Of a stretch of 24,000 bases of DNA, positions 15,957 to 23,654 are shown piece by piece (the stretch's first letter is position 1; every line of letters starts with the position of its first letter). Under the pieces are notes generated by a model. That model made no database searches. It saw only the letters and a list, made by a program, of their open reading frames with translations, and was not told where the DNA came from. This DNA comes from Dietzia alimentaria 72. GTDB taxonomy: Bacteria > Actinomycetota > Actinomycetes > Mycobacteriales > Mycobacteriaceae. The position numbers were made by a program, and so were the translations under genes. The stretch is taken from positions 38,374-62,373 of the forward strand of contig NZ_AGFF01000025.1 in the NCBI RefSeq assembly GCF_000226215.1. The letters run 5' to 3'.

Positions 15957-16341
15957 ATGGATCTCGTCATCCTCAGTGCCGGCGCAGTCGCCGGTTCCGT
16001 AGCGCGACTCCTGGCCTCCGACCCGCGCTACGACGAACTGGTTGATCGCAGAACTCGTCGCTGCAACGAGAGCCGCCGACGTCCGCATCGTCTGTGGCAT
16101 GGGGTACGCCCCGGGTAGTACCAGCCCGCTCGCCAGCTGAGTGACCGAGTCCATGGACTCTGCTCACAGCGTCGACGTGGTCATGGCCGTGCCCTACACG
16201 GTCAACCTGGGGCAGACCATCGACGAACACGTGCTGCACTCGATGTCCGGTGAGGTGGCGCAGGTCGTCGACGGAGCTATCGTTCACCTGCCCACGACGT
16301 CCTGCCGATATCGCCGCGCCGCTTCCAGGCCCGTTATATAA
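15957..16341 (+). pseudogene. Decayed saccharopine-dehydrogenase-family gene remnant
   Basis: ATG 15957 gives MDLVILSAGAVAGSVARLLASDPRYDELV, a Rossmann NAD(P)-binding start. After a +1 frame change near 16040-16050 it reads ELVAATRAAADVRIVCGMGYAPGSTSPLAS (GxGxxPG block). An in-frame TGA follows at 16138-16140. It then reads VTESMDSAHSVDVVMAVPYTVNLGQTIDEHV...DGAIVHLP and stops at 16341. About 128 codons in total, against the roughly 400 expected for this family. Confidence 0.45.
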
Positions 16342-16548
16342 CGACTCCGGAGGCTGAGCGCCGCCTCGCCGCGGAGCCCCGGGGCATGACGGGCAGAGAG
16401 ATGCAGGTGACCGTGTATCGATCCCCGAGCTTTCTTGCCCGGAGTCCTGAACGCGGTCGGTATCAAGCGCACCGGGCGGGTCACCACAACGACCAACGTC
16501 TGCTGGCCGCCGCGGACTACTCCTCGATCTACCGACGTTGGGATCAGC

Positions 16549-16737
16549 TCAGGATCCAAGCGCCGCAGGCAGGTAGCTAGAACCCGCCACGAAGGGCATG
16601 GCGAGGAAGCTGAGCGGAACGATGGACTGCTCCGTGGGGATTCCAACGGAGTCCAAGAATCCGGCGACCGCACCGAATACAGCATTAATTGCGTCGTACG
16701 CCGGTCCGCTGATGGGACCGTTGGGGCGGATGATCAT
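16549..16737 (-). CDS. Hypothetical small protein (62 aa, hydrophobic/amphipathic, no signal peptide)
   Basis: ATG 16737 is preceded by GGAG 7 nt upstream and by an in-frame TAA 8 codons upstream. Third-position GC is moderate (45 of 62 codons end in G/C). Sequence MIIRPNGPISGPAYDAINAVFGAVAGFLDSVGIP... has no family I recognise. Confidence 0.35.
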   Translation of the reverse strand: MIIRPNGPISGPAYDAINAVFGAVAGFLDSVGIPTEQSIVPLSFLAMPFVAGSSYLPAALGS

Positions 16738-16920
16738 CGAGAAACTCCATGGTTGGGGTTAAGGGCGGGAGGCATCCTCGGATCACGATACGCTCAGTCC
16801 CACAATGTATCTCCCACTACTTGACCTTTAAATCAAACGACTGGGCGTAGAAGTTCCCACGAATTACCCCGGCGCTATCTCGGCCCGGGGCGCACGCGCC
16901 CGCAGAGTTCGCCGGATACC

Positions 16921-17292
16921 ATGACCGCCATGGTGTGGATCTTCACGTTCGCGGTGTTGATCGTCGTGTTGGTCGGCGGCGCGGTGCTTCCGCGACGAGC
17001 GGCGCAGCCTCCTGCAGGATTCCCGTGGTTCTGGATCGCGTTCCCGGCGGCAATACTCCTGGTGGCCGGTTCGATCTCGGTATGGCTGCCCGGGGTCGGC
17101 GCGGTCGGAGGCTGGACGATGTACATGCCGCTGGCCGACAGGTCTCACGAAATGCAGTTCTTGAGCAACGAGCAGTTCAACTCGGTCTACCTTTGTATGC
17201 GCCTCTACTCGGCAGCCCTGTGGGCGCTACCGATCACCGCGGTGGTCGCGGCCGGTCTTTCAGTCTGGGCGTGGCGGCGTGACCGGGTGTGA
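16921..17292 (+). CDS. Hypothetical integral membrane protein (3-4 predicted helices)
   Basis: MTAMVWIFTFAVLIVVLVGGAVL, FPWFWIAFPAAILLVAGSISVWL and AALWALPITAVVAAGLSVWAW are hydrophobic segments. Codon third positions are mostly G/C. No obvious RBS. Confidence 0.55.
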   Translation: MTAMVWIFTFAVLIVVLVGGAVLPRRAAQPPAGFPWFWIAFPAAILLVAGSISVWLPGVGAVGGWTMYMPLADRSHEMQFLSNEQFNSVYLCMRLYSAALWALPITAVVAAGLSVWAWRRDRV

Positions 17293-17323
17293 AGTGCGCG
17301 GTCGCCCACGATTCGAGGCGAGT

Positions 17324-17821
17324 TCAGCGTTCCAGATCGGCCTTGAGGCGGGCGAGGGTGCGCTCGATGTTCTTCGCCTGGAACCGGTCGAACGTGCTGC
17401 CGCTGGTTGCCACCTTGTCGAAGCGGGCCGCCCACGCGTCCGGCCACCCCGTGCGGTCGTCCTGCCAGGTCTCGGTTACGCGGGTGATGCCGTCACCGGC
17501 CGGCTCGAGGGTATAGGTCCAGGTGGCGATGGGTGTGCGGAGCACGGGACGGCGTAGTCCGATCCGGTTCACCCGGAAGGCGAACTTTTCGCCCGGGTCT
17601 GCGACGTTCACGGTGCAGGTGGTGGTCCAGCGGACGAAACCCCGGCGGTTGCGGCCGACGAACTCGTCTCCAACTGACAGGGGACCGCGGCCCGGGCCAT
17701 CTGTGCCTTCGTTCTCGGGGCTCCACCGTGCCATATGTGAAGGATCAGCGAGTTCGTTGTAGATCCTCATCGGGTCAGCCGCGACCTCGATGCTGTCGGA
17801 CACGTGCATCGGGCGTGACAT
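17324..17821 (-). CDS. SRPBCC superfamily protein (polyketide cyclase/dehydrase-like, Polyketide_cyc2 type)
   Basis: HVSDSIEVAADPMRIYNELADPSHMARWSPE...GDEF...WTYTLEPAGDGITRVTETW is the typical SRPBCC/START-like pattern. Length 165 aa. Confidence 0.75.
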   Translation of the reverse strand: MSRPMHVSDSIEVAADPMRIYNELADPSHMARWSPENEGTDGPGRGPLSVGDEFVGRNRRGFVRWTTTCTVNVADPGEKFAFRVNRIGLRRPVLRTPIATWTYTLEPAGDGITRVTETWQDDRTGWPDAWAARFDKVATSGSTFDRFQAKNIERTLARLKADLER

Positions 17822-17966
17822 CGGTCAAGCGTGCCATAGGGCCCGCCCACGGGTCGGTAGCCGACGAGATTCGACGCCTCGGCAATCTTTCATCTCTGTA
17901 TCGCAAAGAGCGCGATCGAAAGAGGTCGCTGCCCATGGACCGTGGCCCGTCGCTGCGGTGGTAAGA

Positions 17967-18002
17967 CGACACCCCGCCACGTCGAATCGTGGCGGGGTGT
18001 CG
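17967..18002 (-). terminator. Perfect 15-bp GC-rich hairpin, probable intrinsic terminator downstream of the secreted-protein gene
   Basis: CGACACCCCGCCACG (17967-17981), loop TCGAAT, CGTGGCGGGGTGTCG (17988-18002). It lies 75 nt beyond the stop at 18077. There is no strong U-tract, which is common in actinobacteria. Confidence 0.5.
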
Positions 18003-18076
18003 AAGGAACCGCTATGCGGATGCGGGAGACGAGTCCTAGCTATCCGGGCTCAGGTCCCACCCATGAGCGTGGAGTC

Positions 18077-18709
18077 TCACGCAGGGGTCTTGTCCTCGTC
18101 GTTGGACGAGCCGAGCGAACCGAGCAAGCCGGTGTCGTTCTTGTCCGCGTCGCCCTTGTCGTTGTCACCGTTGGGGGCGTCGTCGTCGGTGGCCTCACCG
18201 TTGGACGAGCCGAGTGAGCCGAGCACGTTATCGAGCGAGCCGGTGCCATCGGACTCGTAGTCGAAGGCGTGGAGACGATCCTTGCCCGCGTCACCGCAGA
18301 ACGCCCCTGCACCGGCAACGGGATCGTCGGCCAGCTCGGTGTAGGTGACGTCCCAGTCAGCAGAGCCGTTCGCCGGGACCTGAATTCCCGGGACAAACGC
18401 GAACTGACCCGCGAACGGCTGGACATCGTGGGTCGCGTCTGCGGCCACTGCGGCTTCCTCGCCGGCCACTGCCTTGGAATTACCAAGAATTACGGTGCAC
18501 TCCAGAGCCTCTTCCGTGTCGTTGGTCAGGGTGCCGTTCGCCTTCTCCTTGCCTGCGTCTTCGAGATCCAACACGAGGGGTGCCGGTGCGGACGAGCCAG
18601 CCGTGAGCGAACCGAGCGAGCCGGCCTGGGCAATGCCTGCTCCGCCGAGGACGGTGGCGGCGCCGAGCGCGGCAGTGGCGGCGATTCCGGAGAAACGGGT
18701 GAAACGCAT
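18077..18709 (-). CDS. Secreted acidic protein of unknown function with LGSLGS repeats
   Basis: ATG 18709 (AGGAA RBS). MRFTRFSGIAATAALGAATVLGGAGIAQA/GS is a Sec signal peptide. The mature part carries GSLGSLTAGSS, LGSLGSSNGEATDDD and LGSLGSSNDEDK motifs, a D/N-rich tail and two Cys. The ORF-track start at 18916 is an unsupported extension. Confidence 0.7.
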   Translation of the reverse strand: MRFTRFSGIAATAALGAATVLGGAGIAQAGSLGSLTAGSSAPAPLVLDLEDAGKEKANGTLTNDTEEALECTVILGNSKAVAGEEAAVAADATHDVQPFAGQFAFVPGIQVPANGSADWDVTYTELADDPVAGAGAFCGDAGKDRLHAFDYESDGTGSLDNVLGSLGSSNGEATDDDAPNGDNDKGDADKNDTGLLGSLGSSNDEDKTPA

Positions 18710-19160
18710 GCAGTGTTTCCTTTCGTTCGGTCTGCCCAGATCGACGGGGGACCGTCGATTGAGTAGGCCGGGTGGCCCGGGCAAGAAGCAAACGTAACAA
18801 ACACTTCGGTCGATGTGAACCGCACAAGCATTGGATTTTGCCGTGTTGATGTGACGTATACAGGGACTGTCCTGGGTTGACTCCACGGGAACAATTTTTA
18901 ATGCTGCCTGGCCCAACGGGGCCTGTCCGCACGCACTCGAACCGGCATTTGACCCCCTTCCGGATCGCGAGCACTCGGTAGGTCACGTGCTCTACAAGAC
19001 GGTCGCGCGCGGACGGAAAGAGCTCGAAGTAGGGACCTTCCCTGCGCGCGGTGTTCTCCCATCGGTGAAGTGGCTGCCGTTTGACGCGGATCGCGGTGCA
19101 CCCTCACGGAAACAATCAAAAAAGACTGTTTTGGCGGAGCTGTGTGTCTATCGTCACACC

Positions 19161-20720
19161 ATGACTGATTCCGGATTCGGCTCCTGGGCGACCCGCCACG
19201 CCCTCCGCAACGGCGAGCGCATCGCCTACATCGACGGGGTGGGTGGCGTCACCACCACATACGCCGAACTCGAGGATCGCACCAACCGGCTAGCGGACGC
19301 ATTGACGACGCTGGGCGTTCAGCGGGGCGACCGGGTGGCAATGCTCCTGCTCAACAGCCCCCAGATGATGGAGATCTACATCGCGGTCGCCAAACTGGGC
19401 GCGATCTCCGTACCGGTGAATTTTCGACTCCACCCCTCGGAGGTCGCGTACGTGCTGGAGGATTCCGGTTCCTCATTCCTGTTCTACAGCACCATCTTTG
19501 CCGACGCTGTCGACGCCGCCACCGCCGAGAACACGCGTCTACGGACCATGGTGGCCGTCCCCACCGCCCAAGAGCGGACCGCGGGGGGTGGCCACTACGA
19601 GATGCTCCTCGAGGGTGCCTCCGCAGACCGGGTGGAGAACTCCATTTCGCATGAGGACATCTGCGTCCTCATGTACACGTCCGGGACCACCGGGCGCCCC
19701 AAGGGCGCGATGCTGACGCACGGCAACTTCTTCCACAACGCGGTCAACTCGATGGGACTCGGCTCGGGCATCGGACGCACGGACGTCACCGTCTCCGCGG
19801 CCCCCTTGTTCCATATCGGCGCTCTGGGTGTGCACACCCTCCCGTTCCTGTTCGTCGGCGCCACGGTGGTCATCACCGAGTCCTTCTCCCCGGACCTGTG
19901 GCTCGACGCGGTGGAACACCACCGCGCCACCACCGCGTTCCTCGTCCCCGCCATGTGGGCCGCGATCGCCCAGTCGAACTCGATCCGGGACCGTGAACTG
20001 TCCGGCCTCCGCTCGGCTATCAGCGGGGGCGCCCCGTGTCCGATCACCGTCATCCACGCTTTGCGCGAGTACGGGATGGAGTTCACTGAGGGGTTCGGAA
20101 TGACGGAAACCTCGCCCAACGCCGCCTGTCTGCAGCCGGAGGAAGTCGTTGACCACGCCGGATCGATCGGCCGCCCCGTCCTGCTCATGGACTTCCGGAT
20201 CGTCGACGAGCAGGGATACGAGGTCCCGACGGACGAGGTGGGCGAACTCTGCGTCCGCGGCCCTAACGTCTTTGTCGGTTACTGGGGTAAACCCGCCGAG
20301 ACCGACCGAGCCCTACGAGGTGGGTGGTTCCACACCGGCGACCTGGCGCGGCGGGACGAGCAGGGCTTCTACACACTCGTGGACCGGAAGAAAGACATGG
20401 TGATCACCGGCGGGGAGAACGTTTACCCGATCGAGGTTGAGCAGGTCATGTATCAGCATCCCGAGGTTCGCGAAGTGGCGGTGGTCGGGATCCCGGACGA
20501 CGCCTGGGGCGAGCGCGTCATGGCCGTGGTGGTGCGCACGGACGGGTCCACACTCCAGGCTGACGAGCTCCGGCAGTGGACTCGAGAACGCATCGCGCAC
20601 TTCAAGGCGCCGTCAGAAGTCCGGTTCGCTGAGGAGCTCCCCAGGACGGCCACCGGAAAATTACTCAAGCGTGAGCTGCGGAAAACCTACACGGGCACCG
20701 GAGCGGCGGTCAGTCGCTGA
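19161..20720 (+). CDS. Acyl-CoA synthetase / fatty-acid--CoA ligase (AMP-binding superfamily, FadD-like)
   Basis: From ATG 19161: MYTSGTTGRPKGAMLTH (AMP-binding motif), GFGMTE, GWFHTGDLARRDEQGFYTLVDRKKDMVITGGENVYPIEVE, PRTATGKLLKREL. The track start at 18987 adds a non-homologous leader. Confidence 0.9.
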   Translation: MTDSGFGSWATRHALRNGERIAYIDGVGGVTTTYAELEDRTNRLADALTTLGVQRGDRVAMLLLNSPQMMEIYIAVAKLGAISVPVNFRLHPSEVAYVLEDSGSSFLFYSTIFADAVDAATAENTRLRTMVAVPTAQERTAGGGHYEMLLEGASADRVENSISHEDICVLMYTSGTTGRPKGAMLTHGNFFHNAVNSMGLGSGIGRTDVTVSAAPLFHIGALGVHTLPFLFVGATVVITESFSPDLWLDAVEHHRATTAFLVPAMWAAIAQSNSIRDRELSGLRSAISGGAPCPITVIHALREYGMEFTEGFGMTETSPNAACLQPEEVVDHAGSIGRPVLLMDFRIVDEQGYEVPTDEVGELCVRGPNVFVGYWGKPAETDRALRGGWFHTGDLARRDEQGFYTLVDRKKDMVITGGENVYPIEVEQVMYQHPEVREVAVVGIPDDAWGERVMAVVVRTDGSTLQADELRQWTRERIAHFKAPSEVRFAEELPRTATGKLLKRELRKTYTGTGAAVSR

Positions 20721-20766
20721 GACGGGGGCCGCGGATCAGGGCTGCAGATAGCGAGAGCTGGTCGGG

Positions 20767-21387
20767 TCACATCCAGTCGACGGACAGGGGCTTCCGCCTG
20801 CCCCAGCCAACGGTCTGCAGTAGTGGCTCGTCGAGCTCCCGGGCGGGGTGGCCGATGCACAGGTAGGCCAGCGGTCGGGCACCGTCGGGAATCGGCACGG
20901 CGCCGCTCAGGTGCTCGGGATCCAGGAGGCTCACCCAGCCCATGCCCAGCCCCTCGGCCGTGGTTGCCAGCCAAAGCAGGGTGATGGCGGAGATGACACT
21001 GTATTCAGACGCCGCGGGCATCGAGGTGGTTCCGAGCACCGGCCCTTCGGGGGGTAGGTGACTCACCACGAGACCGACGGGCGCCTGCAGGATCCCCTCC
21101 AGACGAAGAGTGTTGTAGAGCTCGAGGCGCTTCCCCGAGAAGCGTTTGGCCTCGGCTGCACGGACATCGCGGAAACCCTCGTGGACGGCGTGGCGCACCG
21201 CCGGATCCTGAACCACGGTCACGTGCCACGGTTGACTGAGGCCGACGCTCGGCGCCACCGCGAACACGGCGAGAAGCCTGTCGATCGTCTCCCGCGGCAC
21301 CGGCGTCGTGTGGAAATGACGGTGGTCCCGTCGGGTGGCGAGCACCCGCCAGAGCGCGTCGAGATCATCGTGGTTCATGGGCGTCAT
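20767..21387 (-). CDS. bluB: 5,6-dimethylbenzimidazole synthase (BluB, nitroreductase fold)
   Basis: From ATG 21387: ATRRDHRHF, APSVGLSQPWH, FSGKRLELYNTLRLEGILQAP, LWLATTAEGLGMGWVS, LAYLCIGHP, GWGRRKPL. These align block-for-block with my recollection of Sinorhizobium BluB. The ATG overlaps the cobIJ TGA (ATGA). Confidence 0.85.
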   Translation of the reverse strand: MTPMNHDDLDALWRVLATRRDHRHFHTTPVPRETIDRLLAVFAVAPSVGLSQPWHVTVVQDPAVRHAVHEGFRDVRAAEAKRFSGKRLELYNTLRLEGILQAPVGLVVSHLPPEGPVLGTTSMPAASEYSVISAITLLWLATTAEGLGMGWVSLLDPEHLSGAVPIPDGARPLAYLCIGHPARELDEPLLQTVGWGRRKPLSVDWM

Positions 21388-22955
21388 GCCCGCACGAACC
21401 TCGGGCTCCACACCCGGCCGGAATCTGTCACCCGGGTCCCGGACGCACCCACGATGAGCAGGCATTTCATGTCGATCGAGCTGCAGTCGAGATCGCCGAG
21501 GGTGGTGACGGTCAACGACTCCTCGGCCCGTCCCACGTCGCGGCCCACCACCACGGGCGTGGCCGGATCGCGATGACGCAGCAGCACGTCCCGCGCGTCG
21601 GCGACCTGGTGGGTGCGCGAGCGGGAGGCCGGGTTGTAGATCGCCAGGACCAGGTCCGCGGTGGCGATCGCGTCCAGGCGTCTCGCGACCACGTCCCACG
21701 GTTTGAGGCGGTCGGACAGGCTCACCACCGCGAAATCGGCGCCGATCGGCGCACCAGCGCGCGCGGCCACCGCCTGGACGGCGGACACCCCGGGCGCCAC
21801 GCGGATCTCGACCCCGTGATGCCGCGGGTCCTCGGCGGCCTCGAACACGGCCGAGGCCATGCCGAACACCCCGGCATCGCCACCGGAGACCACTGCGACC
21901 TTCTCGCCGGTGGCGGCGAGCTCGAGCGCGAGCCCGGCCCGGTCCACCTCGACCGTGTTGCCCGAGCAGTGGCGACGAAGGCCGGGGCGCTGGGCGACCC
22001 GGTCAACGTAGGGCGCGTACCCCACGACGTGGTCGACCTCGGCGAGGATGCGGGACACCTCCGGGGTGAGCCAGTCCTGCGGCCCCGGACCCAGGCCCAC
22101 CACGTGGACCACCCCGCCCTCGCCGGACGACGGGGCCGCCGCGGTCAGTGGTTCGGGGCGGCGTCCCGTGGGGTCCTGGTGGTGGGAGTCTCCGGGGACG
22201 ACGACGAGGGAGAAGTACGGCACGGTGGCCGCGTCGACCTCGCGGACGGGGTGATGCGCCTCTGCATCCGTCGAGGCACGCTCCACATAGACCGCCCCGT
22301 CGAGCCGGCCGGCGGACTCGAGGGCGCGGCGCACAGCCGGGAAGTTGCGGCCGAGCTTCATGATGATCGCGCCGTCGGTGTCGGCCAGTCGCCGGGCGAG
22401 TTCCGCCTCGGGCAGAGTTCCGGGCAGCACGGTCAGCACGTCTGTCTGCCGCACCAGGGGGGTCGCGGCCGCGGCGGTGGCGGCGGCAAAGGCGGGGACC
22501 CCGGGCACGATCTCGGTGTGGAACTGCTCCGAGAGGCGATCGTGCATGTACATGAACGAGCCGTAGAACAGTGGGTCGCCCTCGGCCAGCAGGACCACTG
22601 TCCGGCCAGCGGACAGGTGCCCGGCGAGCCGCTGTGCGCTGCGCTCGTAGAAATCGGCGATCGCGCCGGCGTACCCGCCGGGGTGGTCGGCGACGCCCGT
22701 GGTGACCGGGTACTCGAGCACCTCCTCCACGGCTGCGGAGGGGATGAGATCGGCCGCGATGCGGCGGGCGTTGGACTGCTTTCCGCGTCCGGCGTGGAAG
22801 GCCACCACGTCGGCGGAGCTGATGAGCCGGGCGGCCTTGAGCGTCATGAGCTCGGGATCGCCCGGCCCCACGCCGACGCCGTAGAGCCGGCCCGTGCCAC
22901 CTGCAGCCACGGTGCCGGGCGCCGCAGCGTTGTCGGGTGCGTGCGCGGAGGTCAT
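21384..22955 (-). CDS. cobIJ: Bifunctional precorrin-2 C20-methyltransferase / precorrin-3B C17-methyltransferase
   Basis: N-terminal half: RLYGVGVGPGDPELMTLKAARLISSADVVAF, LAEGDPLFYGS (CobI). Second half: VVHVVGLGPGPQDWLTPEVSRILAEVDHVVGY, VSGGDAGVFGMAS (CobJ). The ATG overlaps the cobH TGA (ATGA, 22952-22955). Confidence 0.9.
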   Translation of the reverse strand: MTSAHAPDNAAAPGTVAAGGTGRLYGVGVGPGDPELMTLKAARLISSADVVAFHAGRGKQSNARRIAADLIPSAAVEEVLEYPVTTGVADHPGGYAGAIADFYERSAQRLAGHLSAGRTVVLLAEGDPLFYGSFMYMHDRLSEQFHTEIVPGVPAFAAATAAAATPLVRQTDVLTVLPGTLPEAELARRLADTDGAIIMKLGRNFPAVRRALESAGRLDGAVYVERASTDAEAHHPVREVDAATVPYFSLVVVPGDSHHQDPTGRRPEPLTAAAPSSGEGGVVHVVGLGPGPQDWLTPEVSRILAEVDHVVGYAPYVDRVAQRPGLRRHCSGNTVEVDRAGLALELAATGEKVAVVSGGDAGVFGMASAVFEAAEDPRHHGVEIRVAPGVSAVQAVAARAGAPIGADFAVVSLSDRLKPWDVVARRLDAIATADLVLAIYNPASRSRTHQVADARDVLLRHRDPATPVVVGRDVGRAEESLTVTTLGDLDCSSIDMKCLLIVGASGTRVTDSGRVWSPRFVRA

Positions 22956-23617
22956 TCAGACTCCTGTGCCAGGGCGTTGACGGCGGAGGCGGTCATGGCC
23001 GAGCCGCCGCGCCGGCCGTGCACGGTGACAAACGGGATGTCGATGCCGTGATCGGTCGCAAACGAGGCCAGGGCCGCCTTGGACTCGGCCGCGCCGATGA
23101 AACCGACCGGACACCCGATGATCGCCGCCGGCCGGGGCGCTCCGTCGAGCAGCATCTCCAACAGGTGAAACAACGCGGTGGGGGCGTTGCCGATCGCCAC
23201 CACGGAGCCGTCGAGCCGGTCAGCCCAGAGGCCCAGTGCCGCCGCGGACCGGGTGGTGCCCATCTGCGCCGCCATCTCCGGTACCCGCGGATCCCGGAGA
23301 GTGCAGACCACGTCGTTGTCCTGCGGCAGCCGGGCGCGGGTGACGCCGGAGGCGACCATGTGCGCGTCGCAGAGGATCGGCGCGCCGGACTCGAGCGCAC
23401 CCCGCGCCGCTTTCACGAGCAGCGGGTGGACACGCAGGTCGTCGACCAGATCGGTTTGCCCGGTGCCGTGGACCATGCGCACCGCGAGCTTCTCGGCATC
23501 CGCGGGCAGGCCCGATAGGTCGGTTTCGCGACGGATGGTGGCAAAGGAGTCGAGATAGATGGCCGGCCCGTCGTCGATGTAGTCATAACGACGCGGCGGC
23601 CGGAGGGCGGCGGGCAT
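22952..23617 (-). CDS. cobH: Precorrin-8X methylmutase
   Basis: YDYIDDGPAIYLDSFATIR, VRMVHGTGQTDL, ILCDAHMVASGV, VAIGNAPTALFHLLE, IIGCPVGFIGAAESK are CobH/CbiC blocks. GAGGAGG RBS 5 nt upstream of ATG 23617. Confidence 0.9.
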   Translation of the reverse strand: MPAALRPPRRYDYIDDGPAIYLDSFATIRRETDLSGLPADAEKLAVRMVHGTGQTDLVDDLRVHPLLVKAARGALESGAPILCDAHMVASGVTRARLPQDNDVVCTLRDPRVPEMAAQMGTTRSAAALGLWADRLDGSVVAIGNAPTALFHLLEMLLDGAPRPAAIIGCPVGFIGAAESKAALASFATDHGIDIPFVTVHGRRGGSAMTASAVNALAQESE

Positions 23618-23654
23618 GGGTCCTCCTCGGGGTTCTCGCCCCGCTCAGAAGTCG

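Noticed and set aside
16549-16737. Idea that the 62-aa amphipathic peptide is a PorA/PorH-like cell-wall channel peptide of mycolic-acid bacteria
   Set aside because: The idea rests only on size, lack of a signal peptide and amphipathic feel. I cannot align it to the corynebacterial PorA/PorH sequences I remember, and the genomic context differs. It is kept only as a low-confidence hypothetical CDS.
19161-20720. Linking the FadD-type acyl-CoA synthetase to the siderophore pathway as supplier of an acyl cap
   Set aside because: It lies more than 5 kb from the operon. It is separated from it by a regulator, a pseudogene, terminator-like structures and opposite-strand genes, and it has no iron box. 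Co-function is pure speculation.
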